A stretch of 64,000 nucleotides of DNA from a virus. Shown one piece after another: positions 37,736 to 47,661 of this stretch. The notes beneath the pieces are model-generated. The model was not told where the DNA came from and made no database searches. It was given only the letters and a program-made list of their open reading frames with translations. Made by a program: the position numbers and the translations under genes. Within the stretch, counting starts at the first letter, position 1. Every line of letters starts with the position of its first letter. The DNA lies in the IMG/VR virus record IMGVR_UViG_3300005613_002762, positions 32,001 to 96,000 of that record. One strand, 5' to 3'.

Positions 37736-38623
37736 ATGATTAAACTTAACCAAGAATATTTTAACTCACCTTATTATTTTTATTTAAAAGATAAGGGTAG
37801 TAAAATTAATGTATATTACTCTGTATCGGAAACTATTGTCGAATCAAGAAAAAATGATGACGTTGTTGTTATTGATAAAAAAGATTTTGAAGATATCCAA
37901 AAAATGATTTCTAAAATTATGAAATCAGGAAAAAAATTAACAAAAAACCAAGTTCATAAACTTTTAGATTCCAAATCACAATCAACACAAAAACCTGATG
38001 GTGAATTAGGTGAGTTAGTTAATCCTGACGGGTCATTGATGGGGTCAAGTATTCCGATTTTAAATCAAAGAAATTTGGCAAAGAAAACTACAGACCAAAC
38101 GGTTCGTATGACAAAGGCAAATCAATTTCCATTTATTCGTGTTTATTATGGTGAAGGTGAAGAGGTTGATGGTAAATTATTAGATGAGGTTGACCAATCT
38201 GAATCATTTGGTTTTGAAGAAACTGAAGACGCTCCCACATATGATGTTGCGAACAAAATATTAAAAAAGATGGGTGTTGAAGATCCGTTTGAAAGAAATG
38301 AACGGTTAGAAAGATTAGGTTTTGATAGAAAATTAGACAAAGAATTAAAATACGAAAAGAAAAGAGGTGAATGTAAAAATTGTTTTACAAAAAGACGTTT
38401 ATCGGAACTTGAAAAACAAAAAATGGAAAAAATGATTGACGAGATATTATTATCAAAAAAATCAAAAGACAAAGAAGTTGTTAAAAAAACAAAAGAATCT
38501 AATGACGATGATAGTGTTATGTCAAAATTGTTAATTCGAAATATTGAGGCAATTAAAAAATTGGCCGATAGAGAAAACATAAGTATAGATAAGTTAGTTA
38601 AACATTTGAAACAAGGTGAATAG
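37736..38623 (+). CDS. Hypothetical charged protein (295 aa)
   Basis: Long ORF, TATTTAT 15 nt upstream. Confidence 0.7.
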   Translation: MIKLNQEYFNSPYYFYLKDKGSKINVYYSVSETIVESRKNDDVVVIDKKDFEDIQKMISKIMKSGKKLTKNQVHKLLDSKSQSTQKPDGELGELVNPDGSLMGSSIPILNQRNLAKKTTDQTVRMTKANQFPFIRVYYGEGEEVDGKLLDEVDQSESFGFEETEDAPTYDVANKILKKMGVEDPFERNERLERLGFDRKLDKELKYEKKRGECKNCFTKRRLSELEKQKMEKMIDEILLSKKSKDKEVVKKTKESNDDDSVMSKLLIRNIEAIKKLADRENISIDKLVKHLKQGE

Positions 38624-39086
38624 TAGTTTATATAATAAAACAATAACATTACCAAAAGAGGTTATGGAATATCTTGAGACTTGTTTCGAGTATATACCAA
38701 ACTCAGATTCAACAATTGAAGGTCATAAACGAAATCAAGAACTGAGAGATTCTGGATACGTCACTTACCAACAATTAGGAAGAATTAAAAATTGGTTTGA
38801 TGAATATGAAGGTGATAAAACTGACGCTCCGTTTATTTTAAATGGTGCTGATTATATGAAAAATTGGGTTGAGTCGACAATACAACAACTAAGAAAAAAT
38901 GACTCATTTTCCAAAGATATGAAAGATGAATTTATGCCAGATCCGATTGATTCAAATTTAGTTAGTGATCTTGGACCATACGCTGATATGATTAGACCTT
39001 CTAAAGACCATAGCACCTTTACACAAGATGTTAGAATCAAAGAAGATTTAGACAGAATAAACCAAATAATTAAACAAATACTTTAA
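38616..39086 (+). CDS. Hypothetical protein (156 aa)
   Basis: Operonic ORF, GTG start overlapping the previous stop. Confidence 0.65.
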   Translation: MNSSLYNKTITLPKEVMEYLETCFEYIPNSDSTIEGHKRNQELRDSGYVTYQQLGRIKNWFDEYEGDKTDAPFILNGADYMKNWVESTIQQLRKNDSFSKDMKDEFMPDPIDSNLVSDLGPYADMIRPSKDHSTFTQDVRIKEDLDRINQIIKQIL

Positions 39087-39088
39087 TT

Positions 39089-39373
39089 ATGCAAACAGAA
39101 AGATTAGATTTTAGTCAACCAGCAAACGACCTTACGGCAATTGCTGACTTACAAAGAAAAAGTTTGATTGTAAAAAATGATTACAAAAACGAAAACCCTT
39201 ATTCATCTACAAATCCTGATGCCATTTCTGATGGTGATGAATTCGGAAAAGGGACAGGTGTATTTTTAGATACAATCAATGGTGGATCTTCTTTAGATGT
39301 TATCGAAAGAAAGAACGAAATAAAAATCAATGAGTATCAACCAGACAAACCTTACACAACACCTTCTGCGTAA
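39089..39373 (+). CDS. Hypothetical protein (94 aa)
   Basis: Operonic ORF, TAATG-coupled to the next gene. Confidence 0.65.
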   Translation: MQTERLDFSQPANDLTAIADLQRKSLIVKNDYKNENPYSSTNPDAISDGDEFGKGTGVFLDTINGGSSLDVIERKNEIKINEYQPDKPYTTPSA

Positions 39374-39753
39374 TGAAACTTTACAACACTTTAAACACTC
39401 TTATATTAGAAGTAGCATCAAGAGACCAAGTTTTTGATGCTATTAAAAATAAACGTGTTTGTGTTATTAACTACAATGGTGATGAACCAGGTGGAAAGGG
39501 GTTAAGGGTTATTGAACCGGTTGCGTTTGGTTTAAGTAAAAAAGGAAATGCCGTTTTGAGAGCATGGGATAGAGAAGGAGCTTCACATACCGCATATAAA
39601 GGTGAAAAACCATTACCGGGGTGGAGACTTTTTAGATTGGATAAAATGGATTTCATTAGACCGACTCAAGAAACTTTTGACACACCAAAACCAGACTATA
39701 ACCCAAATGGGGATAAAAGTATGGAAAGAGTTTTTATAAACGCAGTGTTTTAA
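39373..39753 (+). CDS. Stand-alone WYL-domain protein
   Basis: AIKNKRVCVINY...RVIEPVAFG...LRAW...WRLFRLDKM. Confidence 0.85.
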   Translation: MKLYNTLNTLILEVASRDQVFDAIKNKRVCVINYNGDEPGGKGLRVIEPVAFGLSKKGNAVLRAWDREGASHTAYKGEKPLPGWRLFRLDKMDFIRPTQETFDTPKPDYNPNGDKSMERVFINAVF

Positions 39754-39768
39754 ATATTAAAATTAAAT

Positions 39769-40389
39769 ATGAATTCAGAAGCAGAATTATTACAAAAATT
39801 GATGATTTCAAAAAAAATCATGGAAAAACATAACGACATTGGTCGTGGTCAAGCAAGAAATATGACATCACAAGAAAGTTATTCATCACCGATGGTAGAA
39901 TCTTATGAAGCGATTCCAGCAACATATAATTTACCACAAGAGTTTTTAGAGGAACAAAGACCCGTTCAACAAGTTAATAACCAAGTTCCATTAGAAGATA
40001 GAATTTCAAATTCTAAATTACCTGACGATATAAAAAGGTTAATGATGGAACACCCAATTCAACAACCAACTATGGGTATGGGAACAAATGCGGTATTAAG
40101 TAATGAATTGGTTGAAAAAGCGTCTCGATTGATGAATGCTAACGCCAAAGGTGATGTTGTGAACGAATCAAAAACAAGAAGACAAGTTCAATCACAACCA
40201 TCACAACAAACATCTTCATTATCAGCACAACAAATCAAAGATATTGTTAGAGAAACTATGGAAGAAGTATTATCTGAAAATGGTTTATTAGTTGAATCTG
40301 AATCTAAAAGCGGTGAAATGTTTAAGTTTAGAGTAGGACAACATCTATTTGAAGGTAAGGTTCTAAAGGTTAAAAAAATGGCTAAATAA
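39769..40389 (+). CDS. Hypothetical protein (206 aa)
   Basis: Operonic ORF followed by a terminator. Confidence 0.7.
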   Translation: MNSEAELLQKLMISKKIMEKHNDIGRGQARNMTSQESYSSPMVESYEAIPATYNLPQEFLEEQRPVQQVNNQVPLEDRISNSKLPDDIKRLMMEHPIQQPTMGMGTNAVLSNELVEKASRLMNANAKGDVVNESKTRRQVQSQPSQQTSSLSAQQIKDIVRETMEEVLSENGLLVESESKSGEMFKFRVGQHLFEGKVLKVKKMAK

Positions 40390-40415
40390 TACTTTTCAGG
40401 CGAACTCCTAATATT

Positions 40416-40445
40416 AAACCCACTTCATAAAAGGTGGGTTTTTTT
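40416..40445 (+). terminator. Intrinsic terminator
   Basis: AAACCCAC-loop-GTGGGTTT followed by a T-tract, after stop 40389. Confidence 0.8.
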
Positions 40446-40517
40446 ATTGATTATTCTTTTGTTTTTATATTTTTACCTTTTGACACAACCTTTAATATTT
40501 ATAATATAAAGTGTTAT

Positions 40518-41282
40518 ATGCCACCAAAACTAAATCTTAATGAAAATCTTATTATTAATGAATATAATAAAGGGAAAAGTTCTGTAGAAATTGGGGTTAT
40601 GTTGAATGTTTCAAAACCAACAATACTCGCCATTTTAAACAAACATAATCTTGTGAGAAAACGAAATCGATGTAAGTCTTTAAAGATTATTAAAAATAAT
40701 GATAAATACGTCATTATAAGAAAATGTCCAAAATGTGGACTTGATGTTGTTGTATCATCAAATAACTCATCAATTACTTGTAGAAATTATTACAAGTTAA
40801 AAGATTCGGTATGTAAAAAATGTAGTAATGACCAACAAAAAGGGGAATTAAATCCTTTTTTTGGTAAAAAACACACTGACGAAACATTAAAAAAAATATC
40901 TGAAAAAATATCAAAGAATTTTCCAAAACAAGGACCTGTTTCCAATAAAGAAAAAAAACTTTTGACAGAACTGAAAAAATTAAACCAATCCCCAAAGGGA
41001 TCATTTCCTGTTGATAAATATGTATGTGACATTTATATTGAAAAATATAATTTGATTATAGAGTTTAATGGTGATTATTGGCACTGTAACCCATTAATAT
41101 ATCATGGTGATTATTTTCATCCTCATAAAAAAAAGACAGCGAAAAATATTTGGGATGATGATAAGATAAGAGTTGATAAAATAAAAGAATATGGTTATAA
41201 TTTGGAAATAATATGGGAAAGTGATTTTAATGATCTTACCTATTTAAAAAAAATTATAAAAAAATATGAAAGAAAAAATTAA
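40518..41282 (+). CDS. Free-standing homing-type endonuclease (HTH / Zn finger / NUMOD3 + Vsr/DUF559-like nuclease)
   Basis: CPKC..CKKC, NPFFGKKHTDETLKKIS (NUMOD3), DIYI..IIEFNGDYWH, IIWE. ATG 40518 is the likely start. Confidence 0.8.
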   Translation: MPPKLNLNENLIINEYNKGKSSVEIGVMLNVSKPTILAILNKHNLVRKRNRCKSLKIIKNNDKYVIIRKCPKCGLDVVVSSNNSSITCRNYYKLKDSVCKKCSNDQQKGELNPFFGKKHTDETLKKISEKISKNFPKQGPVSNKEKKLLTELKKLNQSPKGSFPVDKYVCDIYIEKYNLIIEFNGDYWHCNPLIYHGDYFHPHKKKTAKNIWDDDKIRVDKIKEYGYNLEIIWESDFNDLTYLKKIIKKYERKN

Positions 41283-42480
41283 AGTTTTAGTGACCCCCAG
41301 CGATACGTCGGGAGTTGGACGGTTTCGGTCGGTCGACCCCCACATCAAACTCCAAAATTTATACCCAAACGATTTTCATGTAGATATTGATTATCAACCA
41401 AGATTAAACGACCTAAACTATTGGAAAAAATACCAAATAGTTCATTTTCATCGAAGTATTGGTCCGATCGAAAGTTGCCCTTCTTTAATTAAAAGTCTTC
41501 AGAGTTTAGGTATTATTGTAATTGCTGATATCGACGATTATTGGTTACCAACAAAAGAACACCCAATACATCAGTTAATTGTTGAAAACAAAATTCATAC
41601 AAAAATTGTTGAGAATTTAAAAGTTGCTGATTATGTAACAACCACAACTGAGTTGTTTGCAAATGAGATTAGAAAATTCAACAAAAATGTTTTGGTATTA
41701 CCAAACGCAATAGATCCAAAAGAACCACAATTTAATGAACCAACATTAGATTCGGAAAAAATTCGAGTAGGTTGGTTAGGAGGATCATCACATTTACACG
41801 ATTTAAAACTTTTAGATGGGATGGTGTCAAAATTATCATCAATTCAGGATAAATTACAATATTATGTTTGTGGTTTTGATGTTAGAGGGACTGTAACAGA
41901 AATTAATAAAGAAACAGGACAACAAACACAAAGACCAATTAAACCACAAGAAACTGTGTGGGTTAGATATGAAGAAATTTTTACAAATAATTACAAAATT
42001 ATTTCTCCTGAATATAAAACTTACTTAGATAAATTTGAAGAGGGTGATTATCCTGCAATTCAAAAAGAAAATTACGTTAGAGTTTGGACTAGACCTGTTG
42101 ATTCATACGCAAGAAACTATGCAAAATTTGATATCTCTTTGGCACCAATTAAAAACCACATGTTTAATCGAATGAAATCTCAATTAAAAGTTATTGAGGC
42201 AGGATTTTATAAAAAAGCATTAATCGCATCAAATGTTGGTCCATACACAATCGATTTAAAACACGCATTACATCAAGGTAAATTTACCGACGGAAATGCG
42301 TTATTGGTGAATGAATCAAACAACCATAGTGATTGGGCAAAACATGTTAAAAAGTTAGTTGATAATCCTAATTTAATTACCGATCTTGGTGAAAGATTGT
42401 ATGAGACCGTAAAAGAAAGATATGATCTTAATTTGGTCACAAAAACAAGAGCAGATTTTTATAAATCTTTAATTAAATAA
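41266..42480 (+). CDS. GT-B (GT4-like) glycosyltransferase
   Basis: DIDDYW, VLPNAID, RVGWLGGSSH, DISLAP..FNRMKSQLKVIEAG. Confidence 0.85.
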   Translation: MKEKIKVLVTPSDTSGVGRFRSVDPHIKLQNLYPNDFHVDIDYQPRLNDLNYWKKYQIVHFHRSIGPIESCPSLIKSLQSLGIIVIADIDDYWLPTKEHPIHQLIVENKIHTKIVENLKVADYVTTTTELFANEIRKFNKNVLVLPNAIDPKEPQFNEPTLDSEKIRVGWLGGSSHLHDLKLLDGMVSKLSSIQDKLQYYVCGFDVRGTVTEINKETGQQTQRPIKPQETVWVRYEEIFTNNYKIISPEYKTYLDKFEEGDYPAIQKENYVRVWTRPVDSYARNYAKFDISLAPIKNHMFNRMKSQLKVIEAGFYKKALIASNVGPYTIDLKHALHQGKFTDGNALLVNESNNHSDWAKHVKKLVDNPNLITDLGERLYETVKERYDLNLVTKTRADFYKSLIK

Positions 42481-42482
42481 TA

Positions 42483-43184
42483 ATGATTAACATACCTTTA
42501 ACAAAAATTTTATTTTTGGATATTGAAACCGTTGGTGGATGTCCTGATTACACAACATGTAAAGATACAAGTCCAAAAGTTGCTGAACAATTTGAAAAAT
42601 ATTTTGATTGGTTCCAAAAAAGATTCCCTGAAGATTCAAATCTTGATTATGATGGAATGTTTAAAAACAGAGCGGCTTTGGTTCCTGAGTTTGCAAAAAT
42701 TGTTTGTGTTACCATGGCCTTTGTGTTAGACAACGGTGAGGTTAAAAAACAAACATTTTCAGGTGATGATGAAAATAAACTTCTTTTGGAAGTAAGAGAT
42801 TTATTAAACCGATGTCATAAATTAGATTTTTATTTATGTGGTCATAATTTAAAGAATTTTGATATTCCAATGTTAGCAAAACGAATGATAATTAATGGAA
42901 TTATGCCATCAAAATTATTACCTTCTTATGACACGAAGCCATGGGAAGTTAAAGCTATTGATACAAAAGAAATATGGCAATATGGATCATATACCGCAAT
43001 AGGATCGTTAGATTTATTATGTTCTTGTTTAGACATACCAACACCAAAAGATGGTGAAGTAACGGGTAGTCAAGTTCATAACGCATATTGGAATAAAAAT
43101 ATGTTAAAAGAAATTGCAGAATACTGCGAAAAAGATGTCTTAGTATTAGTTGATGCGATTATGAAGTTAAAAAGTTTAAAGTAA
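42483..43184 (+). CDS. Stand-alone DEDDy 3'-5' exonuclease (PolB-exo-like)
   Basis: LFLDIET, GHNLKNFDIP, YCEKDV. Confidence 0.88.
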   Translation: MINIPLTKILFLDIETVGGCPDYTTCKDTSPKVAEQFEKYFDWFQKRFPEDSNLDYDGMFKNRAALVPEFAKIVCVTMAFVLDNGEVKKQTFSGDDENKLLLEVRDLLNRCHKLDFYLCGHNLKNFDIPMLAKRMIINGIMPSKLLPSYDTKPWEVKAIDTKEIWQYGSYTAIGSLDLLCSCLDIPTPKDGEVTGSQVHNAYWNKNMLKEIAEYCEKDVLVLVDAIMKLKSLK

Positions 43185-43792
43185 TGGAAGAATTTGACGA
43201 TATAAATGATAAGGATATAAAAGATCTTATGGATATTTTAGAATCCATGAGTGATGAAGAAACAGATGATGTTGACTATGATCTAATCATGAAAACATTT
43301 GGTTTAGATGTCCCTGAGTTAGAAAAAGAAATGGAGGAATACATTCCAACAATAGATTTGGGTTATACCAAATCGAATGAAAATGCTGTTGATCCAAAAT
43401 ACGCATATTATACCGACTCAGGATTTGACTTATATTCAACAGAAGATAAATGGATTCATCCGTTTGATAGAGCATTAATCCCAACAGGACTTCATTTTGA
43501 TATACCTAGCGGATATGAAATTCAAGTTAGATCTAAAAGTGGTTTGGCTTTAAATCAAGGTCTTATGGTTTTAAACTCACCAGGAACTGTTGATCAAGGA
43601 TATACAGGAGAAATTAAAATAATACTTTTTAACACAACAAATCAAAAAGTAAAAATTGAAAAAGGTCAAAAAATTGCTCAAGCAGTTTTATGTCCCGTGG
43701 TTTCAGGAAAATGGATAAAGATGGTTGAAAAAGATAAACTTGAAAATAAGGATAGAAACCAAAATGGTTTTGGTTCAACGGGAATAATATGA
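43184..43792 (+). CDS. dut: Trimeric dUTPase with acidic N-terminal extension
   Basis: SGFDL, RSKSGLA, PGTVDQGYTGEI, KIAQ, RNQNGFGSTG. Confidence 0.95.
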   Translation: MEEFDDINDKDIKDLMDILESMSDEETDDVDYDLIMKTFGLDVPELEKEMEEYIPTIDLGYTKSNENAVDPKYAYYTDSGFDLYSTEDKWIHPFDRALIPTGLHFDIPSGYEIQVRSKSGLALNQGLMVLNSPGTVDQGYTGEIKIILFNTTNQKVKIEKGQKIAQAVLCPVVSGKWIKMVEKDKLENKDRNQNGFGSTGII

Positions 43793-45285
43793 TAACGATA
43801 ATTTACTCAACACATAAAGATCAAGAATACAATAAAAAATTCCAACAACATTTATTAAATACCGTTGGGGTTAAAGACATTCAAATATTAGAATATGTAA
43901 ACCATAATCAATATTCATTAGCCCAAGTTTATAATAGTGGGTTAACTGAGTCGGTTTATGATATAGTGGTTTGTTGTCATAACGACATTAAGTTAGAAAA
44001 AAATTGGGGGAAAAAACTTTTAGAAGATTTCTCTAATAACCCCGAATTCGGTGTAATTGGAAAAGCAGGTTCTTGTTATTTCCCAAAGTCAGGAGTATAC
44101 TGGGAACGAATGCAACAAACGATGGTAGGTCAAGTTTATCATCACCCTGAAGGTCAAAAAAAATGGATTAATAGGTATTCCATAAAAATGGATAAACTTA
44201 TACCTGTAGTAACGATTGATGGTTTATTTATTTCATTTGATAAGACAAAAATAAAACACCATTTTGATGAAACAGTTGGGAAGTTCCATTTTTACGATCA
44301 TGGTTTTTGTGTTCCAAATTATATAGATGGTGTTAAACTTGGAATTACATCTTCATTTGAAATTACTCATGAATCTATTGGTAAACCAAATGATGAATTT
44401 TGGGTGAGTAAAGAAAAGTTTGTTGAGAAATGGGGTCATGTGTTACCATTAGATTTGAAACCCTCTGAAATCTTCGTTCCACTTATTAAAGAAAAACCAA
44501 TAAAAAATATTGGTAAAGTCGCAATAATAATACCAACGAAGGGTAATGTTGATATGTTATATGAGTGTGTTAAGTCTTTTTATGACCACTGTAATCAAGA
44601 CTATTTTGAAATTTTCATTGCCGACACAGGATCAACAGATTCCGAAAAAGAGTGGATTCAAAATAACATACTTAATTTAGGATTTATTAATTTTATCGAA
44701 TACGACTATTACAATTTTGCCAAAATAAATAACGATGTTGTTAAAAATCATTTAAACGATGATTATGAATTTATTTTGTTTTCAAATAACGATATTAAAA
44801 TATTAAATAATGTTGTTTATGGGATGTTAAAAATTATGAAGGAAAAACCTAAGGTAGGGACTGTAGGTTGCAGACTTCATTTCGAAGATAATACCGTTCA
44901 ACATGATGGGGTTATTTTTCAACAAATACCAAATTCCAAAAAAATTAACTTGACTCATGCGAATTTAGGTTCATATTATCAATATACGACATCAATTAAA
45001 GATGTTATGGGAAATACGGCAGCACTAATGATGATAAGAAAAAAAATATTTGAAAAAGTTGGAGGATTCAACGAAAAGTATAATACTTGTTTTGAAGATG
45101 TTGAGTTAAATTTAAGTGTGGGATTACAAGGTTTAAAGAATTACTATGATGGATCTTTAGTTTCTTATCATTTTGAAAGTAAAACAAGAACAAAATCCCA
45201 ACAAAATCAAAAGGGAGAATATGATGATTACATGCAAACTTTAATTCCTTTTATTGAAAAAAACTATAATAAACTATTTAAATAA
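43789..45285 (+). CDS. Double GT2-like glycosyltransferase
   Basis: N-domain CCHNDI, FHFYD; C-domain IIIPTK, ADTGSTD, FSNNDI, GGFNE, FEDVE. Confidence 0.88.
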   Translation: MITIIYSTHKDQEYNKKFQQHLLNTVGVKDIQILEYVNHNQYSLAQVYNSGLTESVYDIVVCCHNDIKLEKNWGKKLLEDFSNNPEFGVIGKAGSCYFPKSGVYWERMQQTMVGQVYHHPEGQKKWINRYSIKMDKLIPVVTIDGLFISFDKTKIKHHFDETVGKFHFYDHGFCVPNYIDGVKLGITSSFEITHESIGKPNDEFWVSKEKFVEKWGHVLPLDLKPSEIFVPLIKEKPIKNIGKVAIIIPTKGNVDMLYECVKSFYDHCNQDYFEIFIADTGSTDSEKEWIQNNILNLGFINFIEYDYYNFAKINNDVVKNHLNDDYEFILFSNNDIKILNNVVYGMLKIMKEKPKVGTVGCRLHFEDNTVQHDGVIFQQIPNSKKINLTHANLGSYYQYTTSIKDVMGNTAALMMIRKKIFEKVGGFNEKYNTCFEDVELNLSVGLQGLKNYYDGSLVSYHFESKTRTKSQQNQKGEYDDYMQTLIPFIEKNYNKLFK

Positions 45286-45289
45286 AATA

Positions 45290-45841
45290 ATGATAACATT
45301 TATTATTCCATCTTTGAATAGACCGACATTGGAAAGGTCCATAAATTCTTTGGTAAGTCAAACAAATCCAAATTGGGAGTGTATTGTTGTTTATGATGGT
45401 GTTGATGGTATTTCTTTTAATGACGATAGAATTAAAACAATAAAAATTGATAAACTTGGTGGTTTTAGTGATCATCATGGAAAATCAGGTTTAGTGAGGA
45501 ATGAAGGGATAAGATTGGTTAACACAGAATGGATTGGTTTTTTAGACGACGACGATTCAATTCATCATAAATATGTTGAGGATCTTTTTACAAAGTATTC
45601 GAATTTTGACTTTGTTCTTTGGAGAATGGTTTATGAAAATGGAATTGTATTACCACCACTAACAAGTAACCAAATAAAATTTGGTCAAGTAGGTATATCA
45701 TTTTGTTTTAAAAACAAATTTGAAAATTTATTATTCGACAATAATAGAGATGGTGAAGATTATGATTTTATAATTAAATTAAAATCTTTAACAAATAATT
45801 GGGTTGTAACACCTGAAATATATTATAACATAAATCACTAA
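45290..45841 (+). CDS. GT2 glycosyltransferase
   Basis: ITFIIPS, VVYDG, RNEGI, IGFLDDDD, GEDY. ATG 45290 is the likely start. Confidence 0.88.
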   Translation: MITFIIPSLNRPTLERSINSLVSQTNPNWECIVVYDGVDGISFNDDRIKTIKIDKLGGFSDHHGKSGLVRNEGIRLVNTEWIGFLDDDDSIHHKYVEDLFTKYSNFDFVLWRMVYENGIVLPPLTSNQIKFGQVGISFCFKNKFENLLFDNNRDGEDYDFIIKLKSLTNNWVVTPEIYYNINH

Positions 45842-46467
45842 TGAAAATAACAGAATTTTTTGATAAAACATATTGCGTAAATTTAGATCGTAGACCAGAT
45901 AGGTGGAGTGAATGTGTTGTTGAATTTGAAAATAAAGAATTAAAAAACATCGAAAGGGTTTCTGCAGTTGACGGAAAAGATTTAATGTTTTTTTCACAAA
46001 AAGTTAATTCTTCGGCTTTGGCTTTAATTTTAACCAACGAAAAAATATTTGAGTCCGCAATTAAAAATGATTACGAAACAATTCTAATTTTAGAAGATGA
46101 CGTAGAATTTACAGATCAAGTAAAAGATATCTCTTCTTTTGTTGAGAAATTACCTGAAAATTGGGACATGATATATTTTGGTGGTAATCACAATACACAT
46201 GTCGGATATAAATCTCCCGAAGTAATAAATGATAAAGTTGTTAAATTACATCACACTTTTAGCACGCATTGTATAGGTATAAATAAAAAAGCATACCAAC
46301 CCATATTAGATAGAATTAGGAAAATGGATCAACCATTAGATGTGATTTATAGTGATTTACAAAAAAAATTAAACGTATATTCTTTTTCACCTGCAATGGC
46401 AACACAAAGAGTGAGTTTTAGTGATATTGAAAATAAGGTTACGGATTATAAATGGTTAATTAAATAA
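45841..46467 (+). CDS. GT25 glycosyltransferase
   Basis: CVNLDRRPDRW, RVSAVDG, ILILEDDV, WDMIYFGG. Confidence 0.88.
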   Translation: MKITEFFDKTYCVNLDRRPDRWSECVVEFENKELKNIERVSAVDGKDLMFFSQKVNSSALALILTNEKIFESAIKNDYETILILEDDVEFTDQVKDISSFVEKLPENWDMIYFGGNHNTHVGYKSPEVINDKVVKLHHTFSTHCIGINKKAYQPILDRIRKMDQPLDVIYSDLQKKLNVYSFSPAMATQRVSFSDIENKVTDYKWLIK

Positions 46468-46581
46468 ATCTTACAAATAAGGACATTCAATTTTTACCGA
46501 TATACACTATTAAATAAAAAAAAAATTAGATGAATAAATTATTTATTGACTAAATATAAAGTATCATTAAGTTATATTAAT

Positions 46582-47661
46582 ATGGACAAAAATATATCAA
46601 TAATCGGTGTTGGAAAATTAGGATTGTGTCTGGCACTAAATTTAGAACGAAAAGGATTTAATATTACCGGAATAGACGTTTCAGAAGAATATATATCATC
46701 TTTAAGAGAAAAAAATTTTATTTCGTCTGAACCCTACGTTTCATCTTATTTAAAAGACTCGAAAAATATTAATTTTTCTACAAATTTGGAGGACTCCTTA
46801 AAAAACAATATTATTTTTGTAGTCGTCAAAACCCCATCAACATCAGATTGGAAGTATGATCATACTCAAATAGACGAAATTGTTGATAATTTAATTAAAT
46901 TAGGTAAACAAGATCGTAGAAAAGAACTCATAATAAATTCGACTACGTTTCCTGGTTATTGTGATACCATCCAAAAAAAATTGGAGGATTTTAATTATAA
47001 AGTATCATACAATCCTGAATTTATTGCTCAAGGATCGATAATAAAAGATCAGTTGAATTGCGACTCAGTCTTGATTGGTCAAGCTGATAACGAGTCAGGT
47101 CAAATTATTGAGGAAATTTATCGAATAATGTGTGATTCAAACCCAATTATTAACAAAATGAGTAGAACAGAGGCTGAGTTAACGAAACTTTCTGTCAATT
47201 GTTATTTAACTACTAAAATAAGTTTTGCTAATATGGTTGGTGACATTTCGCAAAGATATAATTGTAATCCAGATGTGGTCCTTAATGCCATTGGTAGTGA
47301 CTCAAGAATTGGTAATAAATATTTGAAACACGGGTTTGGTTTTGGTGGTCCTTGTTTCCCAAGGGACAATAGGGCGCTGTCCAAATGTGCCGAAGAAGTT
47401 GGCATTGAAGCAATAATATCAAAAGCGACCGATGTGATGAATGACTATCACTTGACATATCAAGTAGAGGACTTTGTCAAAAAAAATCCTGAAAAACATA
47501 ATGAAGTAGTTTTTGATTACCTAACATATAAAAAAGAAAGTACCTTGTTGGAAGAATCTCAACAACTAAAGTTCGCATTGAAGCTTAAAGAAAAAGGATA
47601 TAAAATAAAAGTTTTAGACAACAGAGAAGAAGTTACTAAACAATTAAAAAATATTTTATGA
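46582..47661 (+). CDS. ugd: UDP-glucose/GDP-mannose 6-dehydrogenase
   Basis: IIGVGKLG, VKTPS, STTFPG, YNPEFIAQG, AELTKL..N, GFGGPCFPRD. ATG 46582 is the likely start. Confidence 0.92.
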   Translation: MDKNISIIGVGKLGLCLALNLERKGFNITGIDVSEEYISSLREKNFISSEPYVSSYLKDSKNINFSTNLEDSLKNNIIFVVVKTPSTSDWKYDHTQIDEIVDNLIKLGKQDRRKELIINSTTFPGYCDTIQKKLEDFNYKVSYNPEFIAQGSIIKDQLNCDSVLIGQADNESGQIIEEIYRIMCDSNPIINKMSRTEAELTKLSVNCYLTTKISFANMVGDISQRYNCNPDVVLNAIGSDSRIGNKYLKHGFGFGGPCFPRDNRALSKCAEEVGIEAIISKATDVMNDYHLTYQVEDFVKKNPEKHNEVVFDYLTYKKESTLLEESQQLKFALKLKEKGYKIKVLDNREEVTKQLKNIL

